From Nitrosopumilus sp. (GTDB taxonomy: Archaea; Thermoproteota; Nitrososphaeria; Nitrososphaerales; Nitrosopumilaceae), in the NCBI GenBank assembly GCA_965204345.1, contig OZ241981.1:544001-608000 (forward strand): a stretch of 64,000 nt of DNA, given 5' to 3'. Positions within the stretch are counted from its first letter, which is position 1; every line of letters starts with the position of its first letter. Under the pieces are notes generated by a model that saw nothing but the letters and a program-made list of their open reading frames with translations, ran no database searches and was not told the origin of the DNA. Shown one piece after another: positions 54,001-60,256 of the stretch. Made by a program: the position numbers and the translations under genes.

Positions 54001-56543
54001 GTATATGTTTGGAAATCAATCTCGGTGACGCTGCTATTTATAACCACAGGATTGCCGTTGTTGGCAGTACCAGATATATCAATGTCATTGGCGGAAAACC
54101 CAAAGACATCTCTGTTGAATTTTACTGTAAACTGTACAACCTCAAGGTTGGTGAAATCATCAGCGGTTGTGATAATTGGGATCAGTTGAGATTGGGCATT
54201 GGTGTCCCTGGTAACGGTAATCTGACGGGACGCAGTATTGGGGTTGCCTGCAAGGTCTGCTGCCACATCTGCTGCAATGGATACAATTACGGTTCCGTCT
54301 GAAGATATGCCTGCAACGTTAAAGGTGTATGTGCGGGCATCTGATCTGACAAAGCTGGCTGCTGCCAGAGTGCCGCCGTTTGCAGTACCAGTTACTGTAA
54401 TGTCTTCTAGCTCAAAGTTCTGGACATCCTCATCAAATGTTACTGTAAAGGGTACCGTGTTAAGGCCGGTGTAACTGCCTTCAGATGAACTGACAGATAC
54501 TGTTGGAGCACTAGTATCCATTGTGGTAGTAACTGGAGCAGATGCCACATTGAGATTATCTGCAGGATCTGTTGCCACATCTTCATCTATTGATGCAGTT
54601 ACTGTTCCGTCTGATGAGCCGCGCAGAACATCAAAGGTGTAGACACTGCCTTCTCCACGAAGATTGGATGCCACAGGACTGTCACTGTTTGCAGTGCCAT
54701 TTACTGTAATGTCAGCTAGCTCAAAGTTCTGGACATCCTCGCTAAATGTTGCCGTAAATGTTATTGTATTAGAATTGGTAATGTTGGGGGCACTCAATGC
54801 TGCCGTTGGTCTCTGAGTATCAATCTCAACTGTGATCTCGTTTGATGGATCAACGCCAACAACACCAAAACGACCGCTTGGCTGTAGGGACGCAGTTACG
54901 GTTCCATCAGAGGATCCGCGTACAACATCAAAGGTAGCTGTGTGGTCATCAATTTGCGTATAGCCAGATAGTGCCGGACTTCCGCCATTGGCAGTGCCAG
55001 TTACGATAATATTATAATCAAATAAGTTATCTGCGATAGTGGCACCGACCTCCTCATTAAATGTTATTGTAAATGGTATGGTGGTAAGTTTGGTGATTGG
55101 GTTGGCAGTAGTGCTCAGAGTTACTATGGGGATAGTTTCAGGGGTAGAAAATGAGCCAAATGAGCTAAAGTGCGTGGTCCAGATTATCATATCAGAGCCT
55201 GCACGAGTAAAACAAGATTCCAACGCAGTGCCAGCTTCAAGATTAGCATTGGCAGTAGCCTGATTGACAGGAACAAATGAGCACTCAGCTAGTGGTTGTG
55301 ATACTGCATTGCCATCGGCATCTTCTCCTGAGAAAAATGCACCATCCTGTTCTGCCTGTCCAGGCAAGAGTAGTCGGACTGCCTGATCAAATGTCAATCT
55401 ATTGTTGCCATCACCGACTGAGAATACAAGTCCCACAACATCATTTGAAGCTGGGGGAGCAGCAGTAGAGACAGATGGAACCGTTATGGTGCCTGCCCAG
55501 TCATCAGATGAGCCGCTTACCACTATGCCGTCAGGATAACTAACAGATACTGTTGCAGAAGAGACATCAGAAGTAATCTCTACTGCAGAATCAGAGACTC
55601 TCACGCTCTTGACTCCGTCCTGATCATCAAACGTTGGGGCACCATTAAAGTCAAGCAGTTGGCCATCACTGGCAGTAATGGTGTCAGGCAGTGTGTCAAA
55701 TATTACATTGAGTGTACTCAGATCAGAGGATGGTGCAAATGCTACTATGCCAGTAGCATCATCATCATCGCTGCTTCCGACTGGAACATTGGCCTCAATG
55801 ACAGTTCCAGTAATTACATTGGTAAAGGTAGATGGCACTGATGAGAAAAAATCAGCAGAGGTTGCAGACGGCAAGACATCAATTCTAACAGTGTTCTCCC
55901 CTTCTTTTAGCAATCCAGAATTGACTTGAATGTCATAGCTTGCTTTTGTGTCTGCACCCAGTGGGTTAGATGATAGTCCACGCCCGTAAGAGCCATCGCC
56001 TAAGACACCAGTGCCAAACTCATTTGCAAAGTTACCATAGCCAAAACCGCCAAAGTTACCATAGCCAAAGTCGCCAGGACTGCCATCTAAGGCATTGGCA
56101 CTAATGCCATCAAAGTTTAATGCCACAATCTTACCCTCAACGTCTGCTGTTTGTCCAAAGTTTGCAGCAATGGTGTTTGAGAGACGGTTGCCAGACAAAT
56201 CAAAGAATGCAACGACCTCATCAGAGTCACCGGGGTTGAGAACCACTCTGAGAACAGAGACATCAGCAAGTAGTGTCTCTGAATTAAATGAGGAACCATC
56301 ATCGGCTGTAAAGCTTATTCCGTTTTCAGCAGGATTTCTGACGACAAGTTCCATGGAGAGTATGTCATCAACATCAGCAAGCACACCGCCAGTAAAATCA
56401 ACAAAGGTTTCAGTATCATCCAAAGATATGGTCACAGCATCAATTCCAGGATATGGCGAGAAAAGCACGGCAAATAGGGCTATTGCCACTACTAGTGCCC
56501 CAAGCTCTCGTTTAGACTTTAATTTAGCTATAATACTGACCAT
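39084..56543 (-). CDS. Giant secreted surface protein (5819 aa) with dozens of Ig-like repeats, Cys-containing cadherin-like blocks and two HFS-motif domains
   Basis: Signal peptide; ~95-aa repeats (FTATFSEDV..F...DITVTG...YTFDV...DLAGN.N.AS); TDPxGDTLSY blocks; poly-Gly linker; uninterrupted 17.5 kb frame. Confidence 0.93.
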   Translation of the reverse strand: MVSIIAKLKSKRELGALVVAIALFAVLFSPYPGIDAVTISLDDTETFVDFTGGVLADVDDILSMELVVRNPAENGISFTADDGSSFNSETLLADVSVLRVVLNPGDSDEVVAFFDLSGNRLSNTIAANFGQTADVEGKIVALNFDGISANALDGSPGDFGYGNFGGFGYGNFANEFGTGVLGDGSYGRGLSSNPLGADTKASYDIQVNSGLLKEGENTVRIDVLPSATSADFFSSVPSTFTNVITGTVIEANVPVGSSDDDDATGIVAFAPSSDLSTLNVIFDTLPDTITASDGQLLDFNGAPTFDDQDGVKSVRVSDSAVEITSDVSSATVSVSYPDGIVVSGSSDDWAGTITVPSVSTAAPPASNDVVGLVFSVGDGNNRLTFDQAVRLLLPGQAEQDGAFFSGEDADGNAVSQPLAECSFVPVNQATANANLEAGTALESCFTRAGSDMIIWTTHFSSFGSFSTPETIPIVTLSTTANPITKLTTIPFTITFNEEVGATIADNLFDYNIIVTGTANGGSPALSGYTQIDDHTATFDVVRGSSDGTVTASLQPSGRFGVVGVDPSNEITVEIDTQRPTAALSAPNITNSNTITFTATFSEDVQNFELADITVNGTANSDSPVASNLRGEGSVYTFDVLRGSSDGTVTASIDEDVATDPADNLNVASAPVTTTMDTSAPTVSVSSSEGSYTGLNTVPFTVTFDEDVQNFELEDITVTGTANGGTLAAASFVRSDARTYTFNVAGISSDGTVIVSIAADVAADLAGNPNTASRQITVTRDTNAQSQLIPIITTADDFTNLEVVQFTVKFNRDVFGFSANDIDISGTANNGNPVVINSSVTEIDFQTYTFEVARGSTDGTITVFTKIGAVFDSRDVINIKSNTVTVTIDTNAPTVSVSTIPENLTSLDTVPFTVEFSEDVIGFNLNDITVSGTANGGSPVVSNLNGEGRVYTFEVARGTTDGTVAVSVDANVTADLADNPNTASAPVTVTINTLVPTVTITPADGTITSDDPVTFTATFSKDVRNFELGDITVNGTANGGTPTASNFVTIDARTYTFDVARGTTDGTVTVSIGADVAEDLIGNLNEASAPVTATIYTVPVPTITSVRDLTVTTEPSETFRVTFSNPVTDFVADDILITGIANGGNPEISNFAGSGDTYTFDVAGGVSDGSVIMSIPAGVAVHHLSGADNAASAQFDFLFIYFGPTTTISTTADPLTPLHTVPFIVTFDQDVFPLTLSDITVTGTANGGNPVASNLQILNSRTTSDGETVASRFSFDVVRGSSDGTVTVSIPAAAATSIVFDSSIASNEITVTIDTTILPPVPAVAPVINLEHPVLDLHQEFSLDDHFTDPQGDTLSYTNISDDCTGTLTQQPPAGSDTFRFVSSTAETCTLSFDISDGTNASTGGAYTVNISVVLDAAPVRTATPLTVDVPVDQPRKVTLDINDYYTDAKTLTLVFDPVSDDCTDFNSAILSNGQFDFEPINAFASASTCTVQATFSDGNRHTDTEITINYLSLPTVTVAEGESLSHQVSLPANFFPADVGFISTGHSYLNINLDGLVTGNIPFDVVAHPPTGTSIRDDFDLSTEIQVEYQLDDGADTTTGSFTLTVTDVNRVPAGTVPPSFSFNIDETHTGNLATNIADPDGDTLSYTLDNNACQSSSVTVNPTGAFTVTATPNNAVTYPEDCSFTFDVTDGSATEQFTSSYRVLSTVTNLLPPIPASVPSATVEYPNRTVPQISLRDHFVDPEFETLSFNNFSSCAAGVTLDVTLLDNHNMQIDPVANDVGTTCVVSFDISDGTTQSTGQPYSFELVITENPAPVRTATPLVIDVLSDQSRTVTIDINDYYTDDKSLSIVDTITSDDCTFRSTSPDSGVFTFEVLEDSTGGLTCTVQTTFSDGNYFTPAEFTINYLDRTSVSLTTDVGDLTNLEAIEFTVTFGRAVTGFDQDDIIVRIDETTTTPGLITSFAGEGAQYTFTVTHGLTESLLVVVIPVDAADGGSASDGSRITVDRANPTVSITPADGTITSDDPVTFTATFSEDVQNFILSDITVTGTANGTNPAASNFVTVNARTYTFDVARGTSDGTVTASIAADVAADLAGNSNTASNSVTVTITTNTLPPVPAVTPGITLQHPVLAAHQEFSLDDHFTDPQGDTLSYTNISDDCTGTLTQQPPAGSDTFRFVSSDAETCTLSFDIFDGTNASTGGAYTVNISVVLDAAPVRTATPLTVDVLSSQPRKVTLDINNYYTDDGTLTLVSAPTSSDCTDFTSTILSNGQFDFEPINAFASASTCTVQATFSDGNRHTTADLTINYLDTATVSLDTDVTDPTNSEAIPFTATFGSDVTGFIADDIVVTIDGNSATPGSLITAFNGSGADYTFTVTHGITAEGQLTVTIPANAVVEGNTASATTTFTVDRIVPTVTITPVNGTTTSDDPVTFTATFSEDVQNFELADITVTGTANGTNPVASNLLGTGSVYTFDVARGSTDGTVTASIAADVATDLAGNSNTASAPVTVTIDTVPLTVSVTTTVGENTNSDTVTFTATFSKDVEDFILTDITVTGTANGGNPAATNLLGTGSVYTFDVARGSTDGTVTASIAADVATDLAGNSNTASAPVTVIIDTLAPTVSVSSSTGSSTGLDTVPFRVTFDEDVENFVLDDITVAGTANGGTLTASGFATVDARTYTFNVAGISSDGTVIASIAADVATDLAGNSNTASAPVTVTVDTTVPSVSLDTTAADPTNSDTVNFTATFDEDVTGFVQSDIVVAIDGTPAANSLITAFSGSGADYTFTVTHGIAAEGQLTVTIPDDAVVEGNTANTRTLTVDRIDPTVTITPADGTTTGDDPVTFTATFSEDVQNFVLTDITVTGTVNGTNPVASNLLGDGSVYTFDVARGSTDGTVTVSIAGDVARDLADNPNTASNSVTINITTLPPVPAVSPGITLQHPVLDPHQEFSLDDHFTDPNGDTLSYTNISDDCTGALTQQPPAGSDTFRFVSSAAETCTLSFDIFDGTYTSTGGAYTVNISVVLDAAPVRTATPLTVDVLSSQPRKVTLDINNYYTDTQTLTLVSAPTSSDCTDFTSTILSNGQFDFEPINAFAGASTCTVQATFSDGNRHTTADLTINYLDVATVSLSTNVTDPTNSEAIPFTATFGSDVTGFIADDIVVTIDGNPATPGSLISAFNGSGADYTFTVTHGITTQGELTVTIPANAVVEGNTASTATTFTVDRIVPTVTITPANGTTTSDNPVTFTATFSEDVENFVLADITVTGTANGTNPVASNLVTVDASTYTFDVARGTTDGTVTASIAADVATDLAGNSNTASNLVTVTVDSNIPTVSLDTTVTDPTNSETIDFTATFSEDVTEFIADDIVVTIDGFTITPVSDLITAFSGNGTEYAFTVTHGIIAEGQLTVTIPANAVAEGNTASDTTTLTVDRVAPVITLVPADGTTHDVAAIPFTLTFSEDVQNFILSDIITVTGTANGGSPSASGFGISGDDVYTFNVTRGSSDGTVGVSINAGQISDLAGNLNEAFTATFTIDTRLSSVSLDTTATDPTNSEAIEFTATFGRNVTQFVQEDIVVAINGTDTSGLISAFSGSGADYAFAVTHGITTQGELTVTIPDDAVAEGNTASTHTLTVDRIRPSVSITSVDGTTTSDNPVTFTATFSEDVENFELGDITVTGTANGTNPAAANLLGTGSVYTFDVARGTSDGTIIASIAADVAADLAGNSNTASNSVTVTVDTTVPSVSLDTTAADPTNSEAIEFTATFDRDVTQFTLEDIVVAINGTDTSGLISAFSGSGADYAFTVTHGITTQGELTVTIPANAVVEGNTASTHTLTVDRIRPSVSITPADGTTTSDNSVTFTATFSEDVEDFELADIRVTGTANGTNPVASNLLGTGSVYTFDVARGTTDGTVTASIDADALADLAGNLNTASNSVTVTITTNTLPPVPAVTPGITLQHPVLAAHQEFSLDDHFTDPEGDTLSYTNPSDDCTGTLTQQPPSGSDTFRFVSSTAETCTLSFDISDGTGASTGGAYTVNISVVLDAAPVRTATPLTVDVLSSQPRKVTLDINNYYTDTQTLTLVSAPTSSDCTDFTSTILSNGQFDFEPINAFASASTCTVQATFSDGNRHTTADLTINYLDTATVSLDTDVTDPTNSEAIQFTATFGSDVTGFIADDIVVTIDGNPATPGSLITAFSGSGADYTFTVTHGIAAEGQLTVTIPANAVAEGNTASATTTLTVDRIDPTVTITPVNGTTTGDDPVTFTATFSEDVQNFELGDITVTGTANGTNPVASNLLGTGSVYTFDVARGSTDGTVTASIAADVATDLAGNSNTASNLVTVTIDTTVPSVSLDTTAADPTNSAAIEFTATFDRDVTQFTLEDIVVAINGTDTPNLISAFSGSGADYTFTVTHGITTGGELTVTIPVNAVAEGNTASTTTTLTVDRIVPTVSITPVDGTITGDDPVTFTATFSEDVQNFELGDITVTGTANGGTPAASNFVTVDASTYTFDVARGTTDGTVIPSIAADVATDLAGNSNEVSAPVTVTIDSTIQSVSLSTTAADPTNSETVEFTATFSGDVTGFVQSDIVVAIDGIPASNSLITAFSGSGADYTFTVTHGIAAEGELTVTIPDGAVAEGNTASTHTLTVDRIDPSVTITPADGTITRDDPVTFTVEFSEDVQDFVLSDITVSGFANDGSPTASNFVTVNARTYTFDVARGSTDGTVNVLIDEGELTDLAGNPNTGSNSVTVTIDTVPLTVSVATTAGDNTNLATIPFTATFNKDVGDFDLTDITVTGTANGGSPVASDLGGTGSVYTFDVLRGTTDGTVTVSIDALKATDAAGNSNEASAQITVTIDTIAPTVSVSSSIGSSTGLDTVPFTVTFSKDVQNFELGDITVTGTANGTNPVASNFVPVDARTYTFDVARGTSDGTIIPSIAADVAADLAGNSNTASVPVTVTIDTTVPYVSLSTNAADPTNSDTISFTATFSEDVTEFVESDITVAIDGVPSDTPGSLISAFSGSGADYAFTVTHGITTGGELTVTIPDDVVTDGNTDAVHIITVDMVRPSVSITPADGITTTSDDQVTFTATFSEDVQNFELGDITVTGTANSGNPVASNIGGDGSVYTFNVARGSTDGTIVVSIAADVATDLAGNLNTASAPVTVTINTTGDTIEDNIPLGSDVVRTYLASSNLITLNVVHDTLPETIFTTDGQLLDFNDAPTFGTANPTVPKSVTISDSVTVVNSTLSDSQTVTVTYPANVVVSDSSGDWTGRIAVPSLSTGTATPPTPNDEIGLAFSVGDDNTRLTFDQAVRLLLPGQASYEGAFFSEEVADGVVDSRSLVVCPFVPVNQTTANTNLEAGTALESCFVRDGSDMIIWTTHFSSFGSFSTVPVEPTPSTPSSSRSGGGGGGGGGGGGGGGASLPSSGSSVANGASAAVLYDVQWDVCEANTINVIAGPVTDNLSVKLRTYAGVITAERSDEQSYPGRISFDANLSPNESFVHVQVENIASRGISTDSKSLNITECSGSVSVNTYESSSPVITGGSAVVTPDQPSSRADLPTDTMTDLPAVPIPGLAPVQTPQLVREFLADFTDITNDNTGMRLTDFQTLQSNPDKYAETVLGISGQTVTTVALTDRPGSEESNNNANLFLQISSSDDMVNSMRGVLLGGDTIEIVAGDGSRTIVPTSAEIAIASEDAVTVSQKSGMKINDISTQVDLPDVLKEFLNTNIEFTNEDTGETLTQYMVLQSVPDVFAEKELGISGQTVTTIAFPDRHGREDSNDDLNVFVQFTHTDEQVNSLRGIQQGGNAISVSTNGVEQGILTQTVEIPLG
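40318..40362. repeat. (CCACCG)n repeat encoding the poly-Gly linker
   Basis: Directly visible. Confidence 0.9.
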
Positions 56544-56630
56544 GTTTCTAATCCTTTAAAATTAGAGTTAATAAAAATAACTATTACATCTGAATAATTT
56601 TTAAGAAAATGATCTCTGATAGTTTGCAGT

Positions 56631-56865
56631 TAAATTCCAGCGATCAGATCATCAAAATTTACAGAACTGTCCGTTGCATTATCGTGTTTGCCTTAAAATC
56701 ATCAGGATTTGCTTTGATGTGGCTGTTTTCTCCAGTCCCTGATCAGACCAGAGAGATAATCTCATCACGCCAAATCAACATCAGTTTGAAAATTAGAAAA
56801 CACCCCAAGATTCAAGTGTTCCAAACTTGTCGCTCATGCCTGTCCCTTATGAAGGCAACAGAACC
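56631..56865 (+). mobile_element. MITE-like element, right part with right TIR
   Basis: Aligns with 23577-23815; ends cccttatgaaggcaacagaacc. Confidence 0.8.
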
Positions 56866-57207
56866 GAATTGGGATCAATCTTAAATATTATTTTGACGTA
56901 ATGATTGTGACGAGAAGCCGTAATTCTGCGTCGTAGAATATCGGTATGGAAAACACATCATGTTAGGTATACGTTCTTGTTTTAGCGTGTTTTCCGTGTA
57001 TCTCGTTGTATCAAAGAATTATCAGCAATCCAAGCGCAACATCAATAGGCCATGCAAACATGAAAGCAAAGAAACCCAAAACAGGCACAAAATTTTATAA
57101 AAATTGTTTTGGTTTTAAGGCAATAAAAAAGCAGATGCAGTAAACAGAGCACCATCATGAATCCGGCAGGCATTTAGAATAGGTCGGATCTCATGTGTAA
57201 GAAAACA

Positions 57208-58221
57208 CTAAAGATTATCGGTAATTTGCTTTGTAAACTCCAATGTACTCTTGTCTCCGCCAATATCTTTAGTCTTAACGCCGGTTTTTACCAAGTCAAA
57301 TATCGTAGATTCTAATTTTGCTCCAACTTTGAGGCATTTGGGATCACTGTGTCTGTTTCCAAGCCAATCAAGCATCATCTTGATGGATAGCAAAAAAGAC
57401 GAGGGATTTGCAATGTTTTGTCCTGCAATATCAAAGGCCGCTCCATGAACAGGCTCAAACAGTGCAAAATCATCTCCAATATTAGCAGCTGGTGCCATTC
57501 CCAATCCGCCAACCACCTGGGAAGACTCGTCAGATAGGATATCACCAAACAGATTAGTGGTTACCACGACATCAAACTGTTCAGGCTGGCGAATTAAATT
57601 CATTGCACATGCATCAACATACATTTGCTCAAATGCAATATCAGGATAATCCTTTGAGACCTCAGTACATGCTTTTGCAAACAGGCCGTCAGTTACCCTC
57701 AGAACATTTGATTTATGGACACATGTTACTTTTTTCATGGAATCCCGTTGTGTCGCACATTCAAAAGCATATTTTGCGATTCTTTTAGAAGCGGTTTGAG
57801 AAATAATTCTTAGTGCAACAGCAGAATCACCTAAGCTGAACTCTTTTCCAGTATAAAGATCCTCAGTATTTTCCCTCACTATAACCATGTCAATGTCATC
57901 GCGTAGCGCAGGCATGTGAGGATAGGACTTTGAAGGCCTGATGTTGGCATAAAGATCAAGCATGCGTCTTAGCACTACAATTACATCAGCTGCGCTTTCT
58001 CCGACCGGTGCTTTGATGCATGCATCAGAATTTTTGATGGCACTTGTCGTTTCATCAGGCAATGCCCTTCCAGTTTCAGCCAAGGCCTGGTCGCCTGCAG
58101 ACAACTTTTCAACATCAAATTTCAAATCAAGCCTGTCATGAATCGTGTCTAAGACAGAGACTGCAGATTCTGAGAGTTCAGGGCCAATGCCATCGCCCGT
58201 AATTAATGAAATTTTATACAT
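57208..58221 (-). CDS. leuB: 3-isopropylmalate dehydrogenase (isocitrate/isopropylmalate family)
   Basis: GDGIGPE, RENTE, HKSNV, NLFGDILSD and EPVHG motifs; operon context. Confidence 0.9.
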   Translation of the reverse strand: MYKISLITGDGIGPELSESAVSVLDTIHDRLDLKFDVEKLSAGDQALAETGRALPDETTSAIKNSDACIKAPVGESAADVIVVLRRMLDLYANIRPSKSYPHMPALRDDIDMVIVRENTEDLYTGKEFSLGDSAVALRIISQTASKRIAKYAFECATQRDSMKKVTCVHKSNVLRVTDGLFAKACTEVSKDYPDIAFEQMYVDACAMNLIRQPEQFDVVVTTNLFGDILSDESSQVVGGLGMAPAANIGDDFALFEPVHGAAFDIAGQNIANPSSFLLSIKMMLDWLGNRHSDPKCLKVGAKLESTIFDLVKTGVKTKDIGGDKSTLEFTKQITDNL

Positions 58222-58253
58222 GATTACACAGGATAACAAGGGAATTTTAGGAT

Positions 58254-59768
58254 TTAGTTAACCTGTTTTCCGGTTACCATCTTTTTGAGCATGATTCTGT
58301 TGATTGCATCAATTACGGCCTTTACAGAGGTGGTTACAATGTCTTCTCCAACGGATTTTGCTGAGACCTTGTTTCCCAACGGATCCTCGACTTTGACAGT
58401 TACCTCACATAATGCGCCAGAGCCGCCAGAGATGGATGCTAGCCCATAATCCTTGATTCTAATCTCAGAAATCTTTCCAGTAATTTTCTGAATTGCATTT
58501 AATGCCGCATCAACTGGTCCTACCCCATAATCGGTTCCGATATGATCTTGGCCATCAATGTTGAGCTTTACAAATGCATAAGGCATTGTTCCAATACCAG
58601 TAGAAACTGAAAATCCAGTCAGGGTTACGATTCTTTTGAGCTCCTTTTCTCCCAAAACTTCGCTTGTCAGAGACAGCAGCTCTACATCAGTTATTTGTTT
58701 TCCCTGATCACCTAGCAGCTTGACTTTTTCTAGGATTTGCTTTGCCTGTTCTTCAGTTGGTTTTACGCCATACTCTTCTAGCATGGCATTCATTCCATGA
58801 ACGCCTGCATGCTTTCCAACCTTAAGCCATCTTTTTCGTCCTACCAATTCCGGACTGATTGGCTCGTACGTAAGGGGATTGTTCAACACGCCATGGGTGT
58901 GAATGCCAGACTCGTGTCCAAACGCATTGGCGCCGACTATTGCTTTGTTTGGCTGTACAATAATTCCAACCGTCTTTGAAATGAATCTGGAAATATCATA
59001 AATTAACTCAGACTTTATGTTTGTCTCATAATCTTGCGCATAGGGCAAACATTTGAGTGCCATGGAGAATTCTTCCAATGAGGCATTTCCAGCTCTCTCT
59101 CCAATACCATTAATTGTAACATGCGCACATGCGGCACCTGCATGAATTCCGGACAGTGCATTTGCAACTGCCAGTCCAAAATCATTATGGCAGTGAACAC
59201 TGACGGGCAATTTTGTAGCTTCAATCGCATCCTTGGTGATTTCAGCCATGTACTCAGGGGTACAATAGCCAACAGTGTCAGGAATGTTTACCCTATCAGA
59301 GCCTGCCTTTGCAACGGCACCAAAAACTTTTTTCAAAAATTCCCTATCGGTTCTTGAGGCATCTTCGGCTGAAAACTCTACTTGTAATCCACGGGATTTT
59401 CCATACTCTACGGCCTCAACAGCTTTTTGAAGGGCCTCTTCTCTGCTCATTTGGAGTTTATGCTCCAGGTGAATATCAGAGGTTGCAATAAACGTGTGAA
59501 TATAATCTAGCCCGGCATCAACTGCGGCATCAATGTCTTTTTTGATAGTCCTAGTCAATCCTGCAATTTCACAAGACAGTCCTTCTGAGGTAATCATTTT
59601 GACTGCTTGGGATTCACCCTCAGAGATTACAGGAAAGCCTGCCTCGATTGCATCAACGCCTAATTCATCAAGTTTCTTTGCTATTGCTAGCTTTTGATCG
59701 GGGGATAGTGATACGCCAAGAGTTTGCTCCCCATCCCTTAGGGTAGTATCAAATATTCTAACGTTCAA
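58254..59768 (-). CDS. leuA: 2-isopropylmalate synthase (LeuA/CimA family)
   Basis: DTTLRDGEQ, HCHND, GERAGN and HESGIH motifs plus C-terminal regulatory domain; CimA cannot be excluded. Confidence 0.85.
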   Translation of the reverse strand: MNVRIFDTTLRDGEQTLGVSLSPDQKLAIAKKLDELGVDAIEAGFPVISEGESQAVKMITSEGLSCEIAGLTRTIKKDIDAAVDAGLDYIHTFIATSDIHLEHKLQMSREEALQKAVEAVEYGKSRGLQVEFSAEDASRTDREFLKKVFGAVAKAGSDRVNIPDTVGYCTPEYMAEITKDAIEATKLPVSVHCHNDFGLAVANALSGIHAGAACAHVTINGIGERAGNASLEEFSMALKCLPYAQDYETNIKSELIYDISRFISKTVGIIVQPNKAIVGANAFGHESGIHTHGVLNNPLTYEPISPELVGRKRWLKVGKHAGVHGMNAMLEEYGVKPTEEQAKQILEKVKLLGDQGKQITDVELLSLTSEVLGEKELKRIVTLTGFSVSTGIGTMPYAFVKLNIDGQDHIGTDYGVGPVDAALNAIQKITGKISEIRIKDYGLASISGGSGALCEVTVKVEDPLGNKVSAKSVGEDIVTTSVKAVIDAINRIMLKKMVTGKQVN

Positions 59769-60256
59769 GCTCCGCTCCTCTGTAAGGCAGCAACGCCTGT
59801 TCTAGCAACATCAATGATTCCAAATGGTTTTGCAAGTTCCTCAAACGCTTTGATTTGATCAGGGGTGGCAGTCAGCTCTACCATGATGGACTCCTTTTTC
59901 ACATCATGGACTTTGCCACCGTATGCATTTGCAAGCTTGTTAATTTCCATACTATCACTAGCATTACTCAGTTTTAACTTAAAAATACTGAGTTCACGAA
60001 ATACAGTTTTGTGCTCATCTAAATGCTCAACTTTGACAGTATCAATCATTTTATCAAGTTGCTTTACTACTTGATCTATCTGTTTCTGATCACCATATGT
60101 GGTAATAGTCATCTTGGAGTAATCAGGGTTTTCAGTAACCCCCACAGATATGCTGTCAATATTGAAGTTTCTGGCTCTGAAGAGATGAGTCACCTTAAAC
60201 AAGATTCCTGGCTTGTTTTCAACTAGAATAGAAAGTATTGCCCACATAATAATCAC
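59765..60256 (-). CDS. ilvN: Acetolactate synthase small (regulatory) subunit
   Basis: VENKPGIL...RNFNIDSISVG ACT domain; ARTG. Confidence 0.93.
   Translation of the reverse strand: MIIMWAILSILVENKPGILFKVTHLFRARNFNIDSISVGVTENPDYSKMTITTYGDQKQIDQVVKQLDKMIDTVKVEHLDEHKTVFRELSIFKLKLSNASDSMEINKLANAYGGKVHDVKKESIMVELTATPDQIKAFEELAKPFGIIDVARTGVAALQRSGA

Noticed and set aside
39136-56559. Dozens of plus-strand ORFs inside the giant gene
   Set aside because: Antisense shadows of a repetitive ORF with biased codon use.
38156-56865. Recently transposed composite transposon
   Set aside because: No target-site duplication (gcattttg vs gaattggg), no transposase, and the MITE halves are diverged.
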